From the IMG/VR virus record IMGVR_UViG_3300046517_001744, positions 4,885 to 68,884 of that record: 64,000 bases of DNA; one strand, 5' to 3'. How positions within the stretch are numbered: position 1 is the first letter of the stretch; each line of letters begins with the position of its first letter. Below the pieces are notes generated by a model. The model made no database searches. It saw only the letters and a program-made list of their open reading frames with translations, and was not told the origin of the DNA. Below are positions 8,775-20,400 of the stretch, piece after piece. Made by a program: the position numbers and the translations under genes. The stretch comes from a virus.

Positions 8775-9400
8775 GCGAACCCACTCGCTATCCGCTGGCG
8801 TGGCCGCCGGGCCGTCCGCGGCGGCGCCAGCACGAGCGCAAGGCTGGCAACTTCTCGACGTCTCGCCAGGACGGCGGCAACAGTTGGCGCACGAAGCGCG
8901 ACATCACCATCACCCAGGCGATGGATCGCCTCACCACCGAAGTCGAGCGCCTGGGTGGCCGCTATCCGCTCCTGAGCGCCGACCTCGAGCTCCGGCTCGA
9001 CGGCGCACCGCGCGGCGGCCAGGCGCAGCCAGCCGACCCAGGCGTCTGCCTCTACTTCTCGCTGGGCGGCAAGCCGATGGCGATGGCCTGCGACGCCTAC
9101 ACGAGGGTCGAGCAGAACATCGCGGCTCTCGCCGCGCATATCGAGGCGACGCGGGCGATCGCGCGCCACGGCGTCGCCACCGCCGCCGAGACGCTGCAGG
9201 CGTTCGAGGCGCTCCCGGCGCCCTTCGATGCGGTGCGGGACTGGCGCAAGATCCTGGGCGACTGCGACACCATCACCGGGGTGCGCGACGCTTGGCGCGC
9301 TAAGGCGCAGGAGGCGCACCCTGACAGGGGCGGCCACCACGCCGCGATGGCCGAGCTCAACGCCGCGCGCGACGCCGCGCTCAAGGAGTTATCAGCATGA
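8771..9400 (+). CDS. Phage protein with C-terminal DnaJ (J) domain
   Basis: YPLAWP N-terminus, DPGVCLYF, AQEAHPDRGG...MAELNAA. Confidence 0.85.
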   Translation: MSEPTRYPLAWPPGRPRRRQHERKAGNFSTSRQDGGNSWRTKRDITITQAMDRLTTEVERLGGRYPLLSADLELRLDGAPRGGQAQPADPGVCLYFSLGGKPMAMACDAYTRVEQNIAALAAHIEATRAIARHGVATAAETLQAFEALPAPFDAVRDWRKILGDCDTITGVRDAWRAKAQEAHPDRGGHHAAMAELNAARDAALKELSA

Positions 9401-9663
9401 ACGACAAGATCGACCTGAAGCCCACCATCGAGGACCGCGTGCGCCGCATCGTCATCGAACACCTCGACATCGAGCCGGAGAACGTGACGCTCGAGGCGAG
9501 GTTCGTCGAAGACCTGGGGGCCGACAGTCTCGACAGGATCGAGCTCGTCATGACCGTCGAGGCGGAGTTCGACATCGAGATCGCCGACGACCAGGCCGAC
9601 GCCGTGAACACCGTCGGCGACGCGGCGCGCCTGGTCAGCGACATAACCGGCGCAGCACAGTAG
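9397..9663 (+). CDS. acpP: Acyl carrier protein
   Basis: RVRRIVIEHL...FVEDLGADSLDRIELVM...EFDIEI.DD...TVGDA; phosphopantetheine Ser intact. Confidence 0.92.
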   Translation: MNDKIDLKPTIEDRVRRIVIEHLDIEPENVTLEARFVEDLGADSLDRIELVMTVEAEFDIEIADDQADAVNTVGDAARLVSDITGAAQ

Positions 9664-9694
9664 CGGCTTCCCTACCCCCCGCTGCGCCCAACCT

Positions 9695-9725
9695 GGACCC
9701 CGGAGCGATCCGGGGTCCTTTTCTT
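9695..9725 (+). terminator. Rho-independent terminator
   Basis: GGACCCCGGA-GCGA-TCCGGGGTCC 10-bp stem followed by TTTTCTT, at the junction of converging operons. Confidence 0.85.
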
Positions 9726-9960
9726 AGGGGTGCGCCGAGGCGCAGGCGCGGTTGGCGGCGCGCAGCTGGCCATAGTCGGCGATCGCGCCCACCAGGGGAT
9801 CATCGGGGGCCAGGCGCAGGAGCGCGCGGCTCATGGCCGCTTCCTGGGCGGCGGTGTAGGTCTTCATCGGCAGGCACTGCTGGCGCACCGCCGGCATCGT
9901 CGCGCAGGCCGTCGCCATCATCGCCACGCCGAAGAAGAAGATTGTGAGCCAGCGGATCAT
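9724..9960 (-). CDS. Putative o-spanin lipoprotein
   Basis: Signal peptide ending MATAC (lipobox-like), two further Cys; last gene of lysis cassette. Confidence 0.65.
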   Translation of the reverse strand: MIRWLTIFFFGVAMMATACATMPAVRQQCLPMKTYTAAQEAAMSRALLRLAPDDPLVGAIADYGQLRAANRACASAHP

Positions 9961-10187
9961 CAGAAACCTCCCTTGGCGAGCTCGTCGGCGACGGCGCCCT
10001 GCGTCGTGGGCGCGTCGACCACCGCTTGGGCCACGGCGGTCTGCACGACAGCGGCGGTCTGCGTCACCTTGGCGGCCTCGAGCTTGGCGCCAGTGCTCTG
10101 CGCCTGGGCCCGCTGCACCCATGCCGCCAGCATCGAGAAGAGGCCCGCGAAGACGGTGGCCGCTATCGCGAGGAGGTTGGCGTTCAT
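9960..10187 (-). CDS. Putative i-spanin
   Basis: N-terminal TM then Ala/Gln helix, directly upstream of the lipoprotein. Confidence 0.55.
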   Translation of the reverse strand: MNANLLAIAATVFAGLFSMLAAWVQRAQAQSTGAKLEAAKVTQTAAVVQTAVAQAVVDAPTTQGAVADELAKGGF

Positions 10188-10567
10188 CAGGCGGCGATCG
10201 GCGCCAGCGACACCGTCCCGGGAGGCGCCGGCATCTTCGCGGCGATCACCTCGGCCAGGTGGTCGGGCGTCACGCCCAAGTGCTTCAGCGCGTCCGGCAC
10301 CTTGGGCAGCACATAGTTGACCACCTCCGCGACGTGCTGATCGGCGTTGATGGTGACGGGGCCGAGGCGCTTCACGGCCAGCGCGATCCCGTTGTCGATC
10401 GCGTCCGACACGACCTGGCGCTGGCCCTGGGATAGCTGGAAGTGGAAGTAGGCCGCCACGCGACCCAGCACCCACGCGGCGACGCCGGAAAGCCCAGTCG
10501 CGACCAGCGGGACGAGGACGTTGTTGATGATCGGCGAGAGGTCGATCGCGGCTTGGGTGGGCGTCAT
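10187..10567 (-). CDS. Putative holin / lysis membrane protein
   Basis: N-terminal TM, adjacent to endolysin. Confidence 0.55.
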   Translation of the reverse strand: MTPTQAAIDLSPIINNVLVPLVATGLSGVAAWVLGRVAAYFHFQLSQGQRQVVSDAIDNGIALAVKRLGPVTINADQHVAEVVNYVLPKVPDALKHLGVTPDHLAEVIAAKMPAPPGTVSLAPIAA

Positions 10568-10576
10568 GGGGTTCTC

Positions 10577-11026
10577 CTAGGTCGGCGGCAGGCCCTCGAG
10601 GTAGCCGTCGCCGTTGGGGTTCTTGGTGAGCACCTGGTCACGCATCTGCGGGCCGAAGCCGATGTGCACCCAGGTTCCTTCCTGAATGAGCTGGTCGAAT
10701 GGCAGTTCATCCAGCACTCCGGGGGCCGCGAGTTGGCGGCAGATGTCCAGCGGCGCGCCGAAATCCGGGCAGATGAAGTCGACAGCTTCGCCGTCCATGT
10801 GCGAGCTCGTGGGCGAGCCCCCGACGGCGGTGTTGAGCTCTGGGCAGCGATAGCCCGAGTTGACGTGGATGGGGCGGGCGCCAAGCGCCTCGCGCACGTA
10901 CTCCATCGCCGCGGCGGACCGGGTCAGCGCCTCGACAATCTCCGGCGGCGCGGTGTTGTCGATGGTGTGGTGGTCGGTCGCCGTCATCTCCTCGAGCGTG
11001 AAATGCGGAGAGAGTTGCGTCGTCAT
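10577..11026 (-). CDS. Endolysin, peptidase M15 family
   Basis: LSPHFTLEEM, SGYRCPELN.AVGG...SSHMDGEAVDF, WVHI. Confidence 0.9.
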   Translation of the reverse strand: MTTQLSPHFTLEEMTATDHHTIDNTAPPEIVEALTRSAAAMEYVREALGARPIHVNSGYRCPELNTAVGGSPTSSHMDGEAVDFICPDFGAPLDICRQLAAPGVLDELPFDQLIQEGTWVHIGFGPQMRDQVLTKNPNGDGYLEGLPPT

Positions 11027-11050
11027 GGGAAGGCCCTCAACGGGCCAGCC

Positions 11051-11326
11051 TTAGCCTGAGCCGGGTTCGTCTGGCAAATCGGCCTGGCGCTCCTCGCGCC
11101 AGCTGCGCGTGACGATGACGCCCAGCAGCGGGCCGATGACCAGCAGCGCGTCACGCACCACCGTCTCAGCGTTGGCCAGCGTCGGCAGTTCCTCCGTCAC
11201 CTTGTCGGGCGGCAGCGCCCATACCGCGACCACCGGCATGATGATGGCCAGGCCCACCAGGGCATAGTAGCCCGCGATGATGAGCATCCCGAAGAGCACG
11301 CGCTCGCCTGGCCGCCCCCGCGCCAC
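11051..11326 (-). CDS. Two-TM membrane protein (holin candidate)
   Basis: Two hydrophobic segments, upstream of endolysin. Confidence 0.55.
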   Translation of the reverse strand: MARGRPGERVLFGMLIIAGYYALVGLAIIMPVVAVWALPPDKVTEELPTLANAETVVRDALLVIGPLLGVIVTRSWREERQADLPDEPGSG

Positions 11327-11328
11327 GC

Positions 11329-11664
11329 TCAGCGCCTGGGCCGCGACGAGGGCGCATCAGCGAAGGGCCGGCGCTCCTGCAGCAGGTTCTCCACCAGGCG
11401 GTCCATCGCGCCGCGGATGCCGGTCGTTTCCGTTGCGGTCGCCATGGTGCGCTCGTCGATCCGCGCGACGGTCTCGCCGAGCTTCTTCATGTCTGCCACG
11501 TCCTGCTCGACCTTTTGGAGATCCTGCACCACGTTCGCCAATCTCTGCTCGAGACGACCAGCGCGCACGCCGCTGCGCCAGAACGCCGTCACGCCCCCGG
11601 CAAGCCCCAGCGCGCCCGGAACCGCGCCCAACCACACTACCCAGGGTTCAACAGTGCCAGCCAT
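11329..11664 (-). CDS. TM plus coiled-coil protein (lysis cassette)
   Basis: N-terminal TM and heptad coil. Confidence 0.6.
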   Translation of the reverse strand: MAGTVEPWVVWLGAVPGALGLAGGVTAFWRSGVRAGRLEQRLANVVQDLQKVEQDVADMKKLGETVARIDERTMATATETTGIRGAMDRLVENLLQERRPFADAPSSRPRR

Positions 11665-11718
11665 CGATTCGTTCCGCTACTGTGCCAGGGTTGAGGGGTC
11701 GAATGTCTGCCACCCGAC

Positions 11719-12576
11719 CTAGGGGATCGAGACGATGGTGAGGGTGCCGGAGGCGGTGAAAGTGTAGATTGTGCGGCCGCCGGAGGTGGTGACGGTGGGC
11801 GAGCCGGTGGTCGAGACGGTGCAGCTGCCGGTGACGAAAGAAATGATGACGACGCCCTTGCCGCCGGCGCCCGGAGCTTGCGCGCCACCCCCGGCGCTCA
11901 GGCCGCCGCCGCCGCCGCCGCCCCCGAGACCGTTCGTCCCCGAGGTCGCGGCTGTCGGGCCAACCCCGTCATAGCCGCTGCCGCCACCACCCGAGCCGCC
12001 AGCGCCGCCCACGCTACCTGGGCTAGTTTGGGCGTCTACGCCGCCGCCGCCGCCGCCGCCATAGGTCACGGCTGCGCCGGTTATGCTGCTCGAGGCGCCC
12101 GCGCCACCAGCGCCTGCGGAAAATGGCAATCCATTGCCGCCCACGGCGCCCGCGCCGCCGCCGCCGCCGCCGTTGATGTTCCTTGTGCCGCCGTCGTGTC
12201 CCTGTCCAGCAGTGCCGGTGCCGAACGTCACCAACGAGCCCGCGCCGCCGCCGGAGCCGCCGTTGACCCCGGGACCGCCACCACCGCCGCCTGCGCCCCC
12301 GCCGATCGCCGTGACAATGCCTGCGATGGCGCTGTTGCCGCCAGAATTGCCCACGCCGCCGCCAGCGCCTGGGGACGGGCCACCCACGCCGACGGTGATG
12401 GAATAAGTCGAACTCGCCGCGAACAACGTCGACGCCGCGACCAGGCCGCCGGCGCCACCGCCGCCATTCGGTCCCCCACCGCCGCCGCCCGATCCACCGC
12501 CTGCCACGGCGAGATAGTTGCCGCTGACGGACCCCCCAGAGGGCGGGGGCTCAAGCATTCCGAGCGCCCGCATCAT
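11719..12576 (-). CDS. Glycine-rich tail-associated protein
   Basis: YLAVAGGGSGG, poly-Gly tracts, GGKGVVII, IYTFTASGTL. Confidence 0.8.
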   Translation of the reverse strand: MMRALGMLEPPPSGGSVSGNYLAVAGGGSGGGGGGPNGGGGAGGLVAASTLFAASSTYSITVGVGGPSPGAGGGVGNSGGNSAIAGIVTAIGGGAGGGGGGPGVNGGSGGGAGSLVTFGTGTAGQGHDGGTRNINGGGGGGAGAVGGNGLPFSAGAGGAGASSSITGAAVTYGGGGGGGVDAQTSPGSVGGAGGSGGGGSGYDGVGPTAATSGTNGLGGGGGGGGLSAGGGAQAPGAGGKGVVIISFVTGSCTVSTTGSPTVTTSGGRTIYTFTASGTLTIVSIP

Positions 12577-14369
12577 ACGGTGATGTCCCCGACAAGCTGC
12601 CAGGTGTTGGTCGCGCGCTTGATGAGCGAGGCGCCAGACCATTGCGCGCGCAGTTTCGTCGCGGCGCCGGCCGAGTTGAGCGTGACGCCACCCGCTACTG
12701 CGATCGTCGTCTGCCCAGCGCCATCCTGCGACAGATCAATCCGCGTGTTCACCGGGAACGCTACGGACGCATTTGTCGGGATCGTCAGCGTGTTTGCGCT
12801 GCCGTTGTCCATCGCGACGAGCTCGCCCTTGTCAGCCAGGACGAGGGTGTAGGTCGTCCCCGTCTGGTGGTTGATGTTGCTATAGGCGCCGGCGGGCTCG
12901 AAATCGGTGGTCGCCGACTGAGCCGCGCTGCCCAGGCTGAGCGCGGCTCGCGTGCCCGACTGGTCCGTGAAGATCGGCGCGACAGTGAAGGTCTGCGCCA
13001 GAGACCAGGTGTTCGCCGTGCTGAGCAGCGGGACCGTCGCGCCGGAGGTGCCGAGCGTCAGGCCCAGGGCCGCCCGGCTGCCCGGCTGGTCGGAGAACAC
13101 CGGGGCCAGCGTGAATGTCTGCGCGGCCGACCAGGTGTTGGCCCCGCTGAGCAGCGGCACATTGGCGCCGCTCGTGCCGGTGTTCTGCGTCCCCGCTGTG
13201 CCGATCCCCAGCGCCGCGCGCATGGCGGCGAAGTTCGCCGCGGCCAGGAACGTCTTGGCGTCGGTCGAGGGCACGCACCCAGAGTTGGTGACGACGTTGC
13301 CGCTCGCGCCCGAGAACAGAACGATCTCGCCATTGGTCGACGACCCGGGCCCGGTGATGCCGCCGCCCCCGCCCGAGGCGGTGAAGGTCAGCGTATGGGC
13401 GCCGCCGTTGGGCGTGATCGTGACCGAGCCGGAGCCCACCAGCATCGAGGTGAGCACGGCGTACATGGCGTTGGAGAAGTCGGTGATGTAGCTGGCCGTG
13501 ATGACGTTCAGGAACGCCAGCGCACCGGGGGAGCCGCCACCGTCGGACAGCAATGTGCCAGCGTTGTTGGCCCACAGGGCGAAGTGACCGGCCGTCGAGG
13601 ACCCCGGGCCATTGACGTCGCCGCCACCGCCGCCGCCACCACCACCGCCCGCGCCCAAGACGCCGACATCCACGAACTCGAGATTGAGCATCGGGATCGT
13701 CCAGGCGAAATTGTAGATCGTGGCGTCGGTGGCGACGGGCGCGACGAAGAGCAGGAGGTCGCCCGCATCGAGGTCGATCGGCAGGCCGGAGACGGTGGAG
13801 AAGATGAAGACGCCGGTGGTCGCCTTAATGAGCACGCTGCCCACCGGCGGCAGCAGGATCGAGTTGACGTAGACGCTGACGAGGAAGTCGGCCGTGGGCT
13901 TGCCGTAGACTTCGCCCCACGCCTGGACGAAGCCGTCTGGTGTCCCGTCGAAATCGCCGAACACGCGCTGGGGATAGAGCGCGGTGTAGCCGCCGATCGT
14001 CTGCTGCGAATCGGGCGGGTGGCCGGTCAGGAACGAGAAGGTCTGGTACGTGAAGCCCGAGGGGTTGACCGTCCACGCCTCGTCGACCGGATCGGCGGTC
14101 CAGAACTCCACCGGCGGCGTCATGCCGTCGTCGGGGCCGGTGAAGACCACCTTGTAGCTGACGGCCGGGTTCAGGAAGATGTCGGGGAAGAGCCCGTTGT
14201 CGTCGGCCTCGACGGGGTTCGTGTGGGCGACGCTCAGTGTCTCGTTGGAGAAGGTAGCGGCGCGCACGGCGCTGCCGGTGACATAGAAATTCAGCAGCGC
14301 GCCGGGGATCGACGCTCCGGCGACCAGCGCCTGCGCCTTCGGCATGTAGAACCTGGGACCGGTCGCCAC
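12573..14369 (-). CDS. Tail fibre protein
   Basis: N-terminal GALLNFYVTGS...NPVEADDNG head-binding-like region, internal repeats, C-terminal YTLVLADKG...WQLVGD. Confidence 0.75.
   Translation of the reverse strand: MATGPRFYMPKAQALVAGASIPGALLNFYVTGSAVRAATFSNETLSVAHTNPVEADDNGLFPDIFLNPAVSYKVVFTGPDDGMTPPVEFWTADPVDEAWTVNPSGFTYQTFSFLTGHPPDSQQTIGGYTALYPQRVFGDFDGTPDGFVQAWGEVYGKPTADFLVSVYVNSILLPPVGSVLIKATTGVFIFSTVSGLPIDLDAGDLLLFVAPVATDATIYNFAWTIPMLNLEFVDVGVLGAGGGGGGGGGGDVNGPGSSTAGHFALWANNAGTLLSDGGGSPGALAFLNVITASYITDFSNAMYAVLTSMLVGSGSVTITPNGGAHTLTFTASGGGGGITGPGSSTNGEIVLFSGASGNVVTNSGCVPSTDAKTFLAAANFAAMRAALGIGTAGTQNTGTSGANVPLLSGANTWSAAQTFTLAPVFSDQPGSRAALGLTLGTSGATVPLLSTANTWSLAQTFTVAPIFTDQSGTRAALSLGSAAQSATTDFEPAGAYSNINHQTGTTYTLVLADKGELVAMDNGSANTLTIPTNASVAFPVNTRIDLSQDGAGQTTIAVAGGVTLNSAGAATKLRAQWSGASLIKRATNTWQLVGDITV
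12935..13185 (-). repeat. Tandem ~42-codon duplication in tail fibre
   Basis: GTSGANVPLLSGANTWSAAQTFTLAPVFSDQPGSRAALGL vs GTSGATVPLLSTANTWSLAQTFTVAPIFTDQSGTRAALSL. Confidence 0.85.
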
Positions 14370-14395
14370 GGCAGCATCTCCGCTAGGGGAATGTC

Positions 14396-14430
14396 GGCGC
14401 CGTGACTTCGCCGTAGGGCTTGGGTAGCAC
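14396..14430 (-). promoter_or_regulatory. Late-region intergenic motif, copy 1
   Basis: GGCGCCGTGACTTCGCC...TAGCAC, identical 17-mer at 31100. Confidence 0.6.
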
Positions 14431-14437
14431 AGGCGCC

Positions 14438-17400
14438 CTAGGGCGTCACGTCTTCCGCGCGCGCCGCCGCCGCGGCCCGGTCGCGCGCCATCGCCGCCTT
14501 CTGGTCTGGCGTGGCGTAGCGCATGAAGTCGGCCAGCGCCCGGCCCCTCAAGCGTCCACCTGGCGCGCGGGCGGTCCTGACGTAGAAGTTCTGCAGGCTG
14601 GGCGCGATGCCGAGCGCCGCCATCTTGGCCCGCGCGCCGGGAATGTCGCCCGCGACGATCTGGCGACGGATGCCGGGCATGGCTTCCTGGACGGCGAAGT
14701 CGTGGGCGTCCTTGGCCTTGTAGAAGTCGCTCATGATCGGGCCGCCTGGCGCGCCCTTGGAGATGGTCACGCCGGCGATGGGGGCCAGCGCCTGCAGGGT
14801 AGCCGTCTTGCGGTCCTGGGCGCCGGTGACGGCGTCGCTCATGCCCTGCAGTTGGCCCACGGGCGCGACACCTTCCATGGCGAACCACCCCACGCGCGCG
14901 GCATTCTTGTAGAGCGGATCGTCGGGCAGGTAGAGCTTGCGACCGAACCCCTTGTCGTTGGCGGCCAGGGCGTAGAGGAGCCGACCGTAGGGCGACAGCT
15001 TGCGCAACAGGATCTCGCGCGGCTCGGTCAGCCAGTCCTGCATCTCCTCGCCCACTTTGCCGGTCGGCAGGCGGCCATAGATCGCCGTGCCGTCGGGCTG
15101 GTAGCCGATCAGGAAGCGCTTCTGGCGGTCCTCCTCGTTCTCCCACGGCGCCTGGAACTTCTGGTGCGTCAGCCACGCGGCCAGGCCCGCCGCCAGGAAG
15201 AGGCCCGCATAGCTCAGCGCCACGTCCATGACCATCATGCTGAGCGCCTTCCTGCGCGCGGCGCCCTGCACCCGCTCAAGCGCCCCGATGCCGCCGTCCA
15301 TCATGATCTGGCTGCGCACGTCGGACGGCATGCCCTTGAAGATGTCCTTGTAGGCGGCGAGGTTGCCCAGAGTGAAGGAGCGGCTGAACAGCAGCAGGTT
15401 TGCCGTCTCGCGGGCGAGCTTCGACATCCCTTCCATCGGCAGGGCGCCGGCGTAGCGGTTGGCGAAGTGGGCAGCGATGCGCTGGGCGTCCTTCGCGCCA
15501 ATGCCGGTAGTGTTGCCCTGGCGAAGCAGCTGGTCGCGGATGTGGGTGTAGAGGCCCATCTGCAGGTCCGCGACCCGGTCCCACAGGAAGGTGTTGTGCC
15601 AGACGTCGCCCAGCTTATCGACGGCGCGCTTGACCGCGTCACCCGCCGCCGGGTCGAAGAGGCCGGGCACGTAGGCCAGCACCTGGCTCGTCCATGAGCG
15701 CCCGGGCACGATGTTGGGGCCCTCGGCGATCGAGGTGATGTCCTGGTTGAAGAACCGCCGGCCGATGGGATCCAGGCCCGCGCGCATGGCCTCCTGCATG
15801 GTGGCGGGATCGTTCTTGGCTTGGTAGCCGCGGCGGTACGCCTGCAGGCTGATGACGCCGCGGGGGTCCGCCGGGATCGCCTTGCCCCAGATCACCGCGT
15901 TGTGCATCAGGGGCGAGTACATGATGACGCTCATCATCTTGCCCTTGAGGTCGCCCAGGGCGCGCACGAGCCCGGAGGTGGGCTGGCTGAGCACCGCCTT
16001 CATCGGCCCCTCGAACTCCTTGCTGATCCAGATAGGCGTCGCCTCGAAGGTGATGTCGCCGTTCTGGTCCTTGGCGGCCGCCCACTTGCCGCTCTCCTTG
16101 TCCTTGATGAGCTTGGGCGCCCACTTCTGAAGGGCCGGGTGATCTATGGTGAAGTAGTCGCGGCCGTCGGGCTTGCCCCCCTCGACGACGAGGTCCGCGC
16201 CGGCGTCGCCCGACATGGCCTTGATCTTGTTGACGAAGACGCGGCCGGCGATGGCGCGCTCGAGCCGCTGCGTGGCCAGACCCAGGGTGCGGATGCTGCG
16301 CACGACCATGGCACCTTCGCCGAACGCCTTCTTCATGGCCGCCTCGGTCTCCTCGGCGGTCTCGTACTTGCGCTGGCGCATCTGGCCGGTGGTGGTGGAG
16401 AGGTTGCCGCCGCGCGCGGCCTGGCGCGGGGTCGCGTTGCTGAGCACGCGGGGCCCACCCAAGGTCATCACCACGCCCATGCGCGGGACGTAGGACTCGA
16501 GGCCCTCGGAGTTGATCATGCCCAGGCTCTGCGCCTGCTCGAATGTCGCGTCGGCGCGGCGCTGCAGCTCCTCGGTCGCCGCGCGCTCGTCGGGCGTCAG
16601 CCGATTTAGGCCCTCGTCGGGCCCGGGTTCGATACCGCGGCGCAGGAGCACGCCATGCTCGTCGGCCGCCTCCCACATCTTCTTCTGCTGCTCGACGCTG
16701 AAGCGGCTGGTCAGCCACTTGTCGACGCGGTCCCACTGGTAGGCCGAGGTGCGGAGCTCGTTGGCGAAGTCCTTCGCGCTGGCCTGGGCGCGTGCCGAGC
16801 CGGCGCCCATGGGCGAGAGCGCCATCTTCGCCTCGTCGGCCAGGTCGAGGATCGGATCGGGGACGGCACGCTCGGCGGCGCGGGCGAGCTTGTGGCCCAC
16901 CGCGTCGACGCCATGGCCCAGCACGCGGTTGATGAACTTGACGGGGCCGCGGGGCCCCTCGTCCGGCTCCTGGCCCTTGCGTTGAAATTTCACCGGCGCG
17001 GGCTTGCTGCCGCTGCCGATCGCGCGCTCCCCCACCTCGCCCGAGGCGATGCGGCGCAAGATGTCCTCGGCCGTCGCGTCCTGGCCGAAGATCTTGCGCA
17101 CCGCGCCGGCCACCGCGCCAGCCAGCCGCTCGAGCTTGTGGAACACCAGCTTGACCGGGCTCGACAGGTCGGCTCCGTCGCCCTTCTGCCAGTTGGCGAA
17201 GCGCTCGGCGATCGACTCCTCGAGCTCCTGATCCCAAGGCAGCTCGCCCCAGCGCTCGGTGACGCCGTACTTCTCGGCCCAGCCCTGGTCGAGGGAAGCC
17301 TCCTCGAGCGTTTGCCACTCCTTGCCCTCGAAGAACCCGGCGTTGCGCAGGGCGTGGATGGCTTCGTGGTTGCCGGTGTGCGCCGCGTCGGGCGTGCGCA

Positions 17401-20400
17401 GCGACCAGGCGATGACGTGCTGCGCGCCGCGGCGATACGTCGCGCCCACCACTTCCTTGTTGGCCGCGCCGTAGTAGCCCTCGTCGGTCAGCTTCTCGAA
17501 CGCCTTGACCTTGGCGTGCGGCGCGATGCGCGCGATCTGTTCAGCGACGGCGCGGATCGCCTCGGCGTGCGGGCCGGTGGCGTCGGCGGGGATGCCGTAG
17601 AGGTCGGCGATCAGGTGCGCGCCCTTGCCGGCGAAGCCGACGTGGGACTGGCCCTCGACGCGGAAGAGGGGGAAGCCGCCGGACGCGGCCTCGCGGAGCT
17701 TGTCGGTGATGTCGAAGCCGTGTTGCTCGAGCCCCCGTTCGGCCTCCGCCACGACGCGCTGATGTTCGGCAATGCGGGCGGCGTGCTCTTCTATGCGGCG
17801 CTGGATCGTGCCGCCATCTGTGATGCCCACTTCGGCGAGGCGCGATGCGCTGACGTCGCGCGCCTCCTGGGCGCTACGGAGACGCTCGCGAAGCCGCGGC
17901 AACTCTGGCTCTTCGACCTTGACCGTCTCGACCTTCCCCCCGTGCTTCTTGATGAGGTCGTTGGTGATGTTGACGAGGTTGCGGTCGTAGAAGGCGCGCA
18001 TGCCCTCGCCGCCGATGTTCAGGTCTTCGCCGTTGAGCCACACGCGCTGATGCATCCCGAATTTGCCAGCTTCGCGCAGGCGATCGGCCTCGGCCACCAT
18101 GCGGCCACCCAGGTCGCGGCCGAACACCTCAAGCACCTTCGGGGGCGCCATCCGTATGCTTTGGTCGCCCTGCGCATAGTCGTTCAGCGGTTCGCCGTGA
18201 TCTGCCAGCACCCGCGCCACCCGGTTCGGCACGCGAACGAGCAGGCTCCCGTCTTGCGATCCCTCTGCGGGCAGCACTCCGATGCGCTCGATGTGCGCCC
18301 CGAGGTCGTACCGCTCGTTCTGCTGGTCCCCCGTCGTCCAGGCCACGCGGTCGTAGCCGTTGTCCGCCGCCCAGCGGATGACGCGCTTCATCACCAGCGC
18401 CGGCCAGGAGGTCTTGAAGGGGGCGTCGGGGATGCCGCCCGGGTCCTGCGCGCGCATGTATTCTTGGCGCGCCTCATCGACCGCGAGCGTCTTCGGGGCC
18501 AAAGCCTCGCGCAGCCGTGCCAAGTCGTAGGCGATGGGGTTGCCGGACTGGAAGATCGTGTTGTTGTGCGCGAGGTTGTCGAGCGCGCGCGCCTGGGCCA
18601 CGAGTCCCGCGCCCGATTCGGGATCTAGGATCGAGTCGCCCCGCTCCTTCAGGGTGGTGATCGAGCGCGCGATGGACTCGGTCGCGAGCTTGGCTCGCTG
18701 CACCGCGTTCTCCTGCGTGACGGAGCGATTGCCCTCTTCATAGCCTTTGCGAGCCGCCATCCACTCGTCGTGCGCCGTATCGAACTCGCGGCGCATCTCG
18801 GTCATCCGCTGGGTCAGAAGCTCGCGGACCTTCGGCATGATCTCCTGGGCGGCCTCGAGGCGCTCTTGCTCGGCCTTGTCGAAGGCATCGCGCGTGCGCG
18901 TAATCTCGGCCGCATCCGGCGCGCGCGCATACCCCTGATCCCGCCCCTTCTGGTGCCAATCGCTCTGCACCTCCTCGATGAACAGCACCCGCTTGCCGTC
19001 GGGCGCCGCGCGCTCGTTGAAGCGGACGTGGGCCATGACGCCCTCGGTGTCCCAATGCGTCGCGGGGGGGCGGTCGATCTGCGGCAGGGTGAGGAGGAGT
19101 TCGTGGTAGTTCTTGTCGCCGCCCGGCAGGCGCCACTGATCGAACTCGGTGTCGGGGATGAGCGCTTCGCGGGCTGCGCTCTCGTATAGGTCGAAGTCCA
19201 TCCTGTCGGAAATCTGCTCGCGAACGGCGTCCTCGTCGTCATCCGGGTAGCGGTCCATATGGTCGTCGACCGCCACGCTGAGCGCCTCGTCGTAGGACGC
19301 ATTGGCGCGCTGCATCACCTCTTCTTCGAGCGCCCTGTTGCCCGGCTGCGAGCCCAGCACATTCTCCTCGACCTTCACCCCATGGTCGCGCACATAGGCC
19401 GCCACCGCCTCCTTCGACACCTTCTCGTCGGCGGGGAAGAGGTCGAGCCAGTCGTTCACCCCCATCCAGTTGAGCTCGTCCTGCTTGATGCCCGGCGCGT
19501 TCTTCAGCGTCGCGCGCCACTGACCCGGGCTGGCGGCACGCATCGGCGCCTGGTCGACCAACCGCTCCACCGCCGAGTAGAAGATCGGCCGGGCGCCGGG
19601 TGTCTCGCGCTGGAACTGCGGCCGCTCGCCGCCCTGGTGCTCGTACCAGCGCTGCAGGAGGTCATGGTAGGCGTCGGCGTCGTACCACGACTGCTTGCCG
19701 GTCTCCTTGAAGTGTTGGGCGTACTCGCGCGCGGTCCGCATCATGTCCGACGCGCGCGGCTCGCGGCCGGCGGCCATGCCCTCGTCGTCGGTCCAGTCCA
19801 TGAACTGGCCCATCTCGCTCGCCAGGCGCCCAGCCTCGGCCTTGCGCTGCTCGGGCGTGCCCACCTTCTGCGCCAGGCGGTAGAGGTCGGCGTGGTTCTG
19901 GTCAAAGTGCTCGCGGCCAGGATCCGGCGCGGGCTCGGCGAAGGGGCCCTTCGCGGGGCGGGGGGTCAGGGGCTCGACACCGGCGAAGAGGTCGTGCTGC
20001 GGCTCGCGGCGCTCGACTTGGAACTTGGGCGCGATGTCGCTCTCGCCACTGGCCGCGTCGATGAACGCGCGCCGCTCGTCCTCGCTCTTGAACTGGAACC
20101 CGGGGATCGCGTCGCCGCCGCGGAAGGACGAGTAGAAGCCGCCGTGCTGCTTGGCCAGCGCGTTGATGGCCTTGTACTCGTCGCTGGCCATGCGCTCGGT
20201 GGCGGTGGCGACGAAGAGCTTCTCGCCGGTCTTGCCGTGGGTGGTCTCGGCGGGGATGAAGCGGCGCGTTCCGCTGGCGACGATCTCGGCGTTGCGGCGA
20301 TCGGCCGGGGTGGCGCGGACTTCGGCGACGGGCTCGGCGGCCTGGCGCACGCGCTCCTTCAGCGTCGCGTGCTCGATGCGGTCGAAGAGGTCGCCGATCT

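Noticed and set aside
11880-12500. GCC/CCG repeats resembling a tandem array or CRISPR
   Set aside because: Poly-Gly codons of the glycine-rich protein; no repeat-spacer structure
12935-13185. Tail-fibre duplication as a DGR template/variable repeat
   Set aside because: In-frame tandem protein repeat; no reverse transcriptase in the window
15639-17318. 559-aa same-strand alternative-frame ORF inside the giant gene
   Set aside because: Arg/Pro/Gly-rich off-frame shadow; the giant frame keeps normal codon bias here, unlike at 22933-23298
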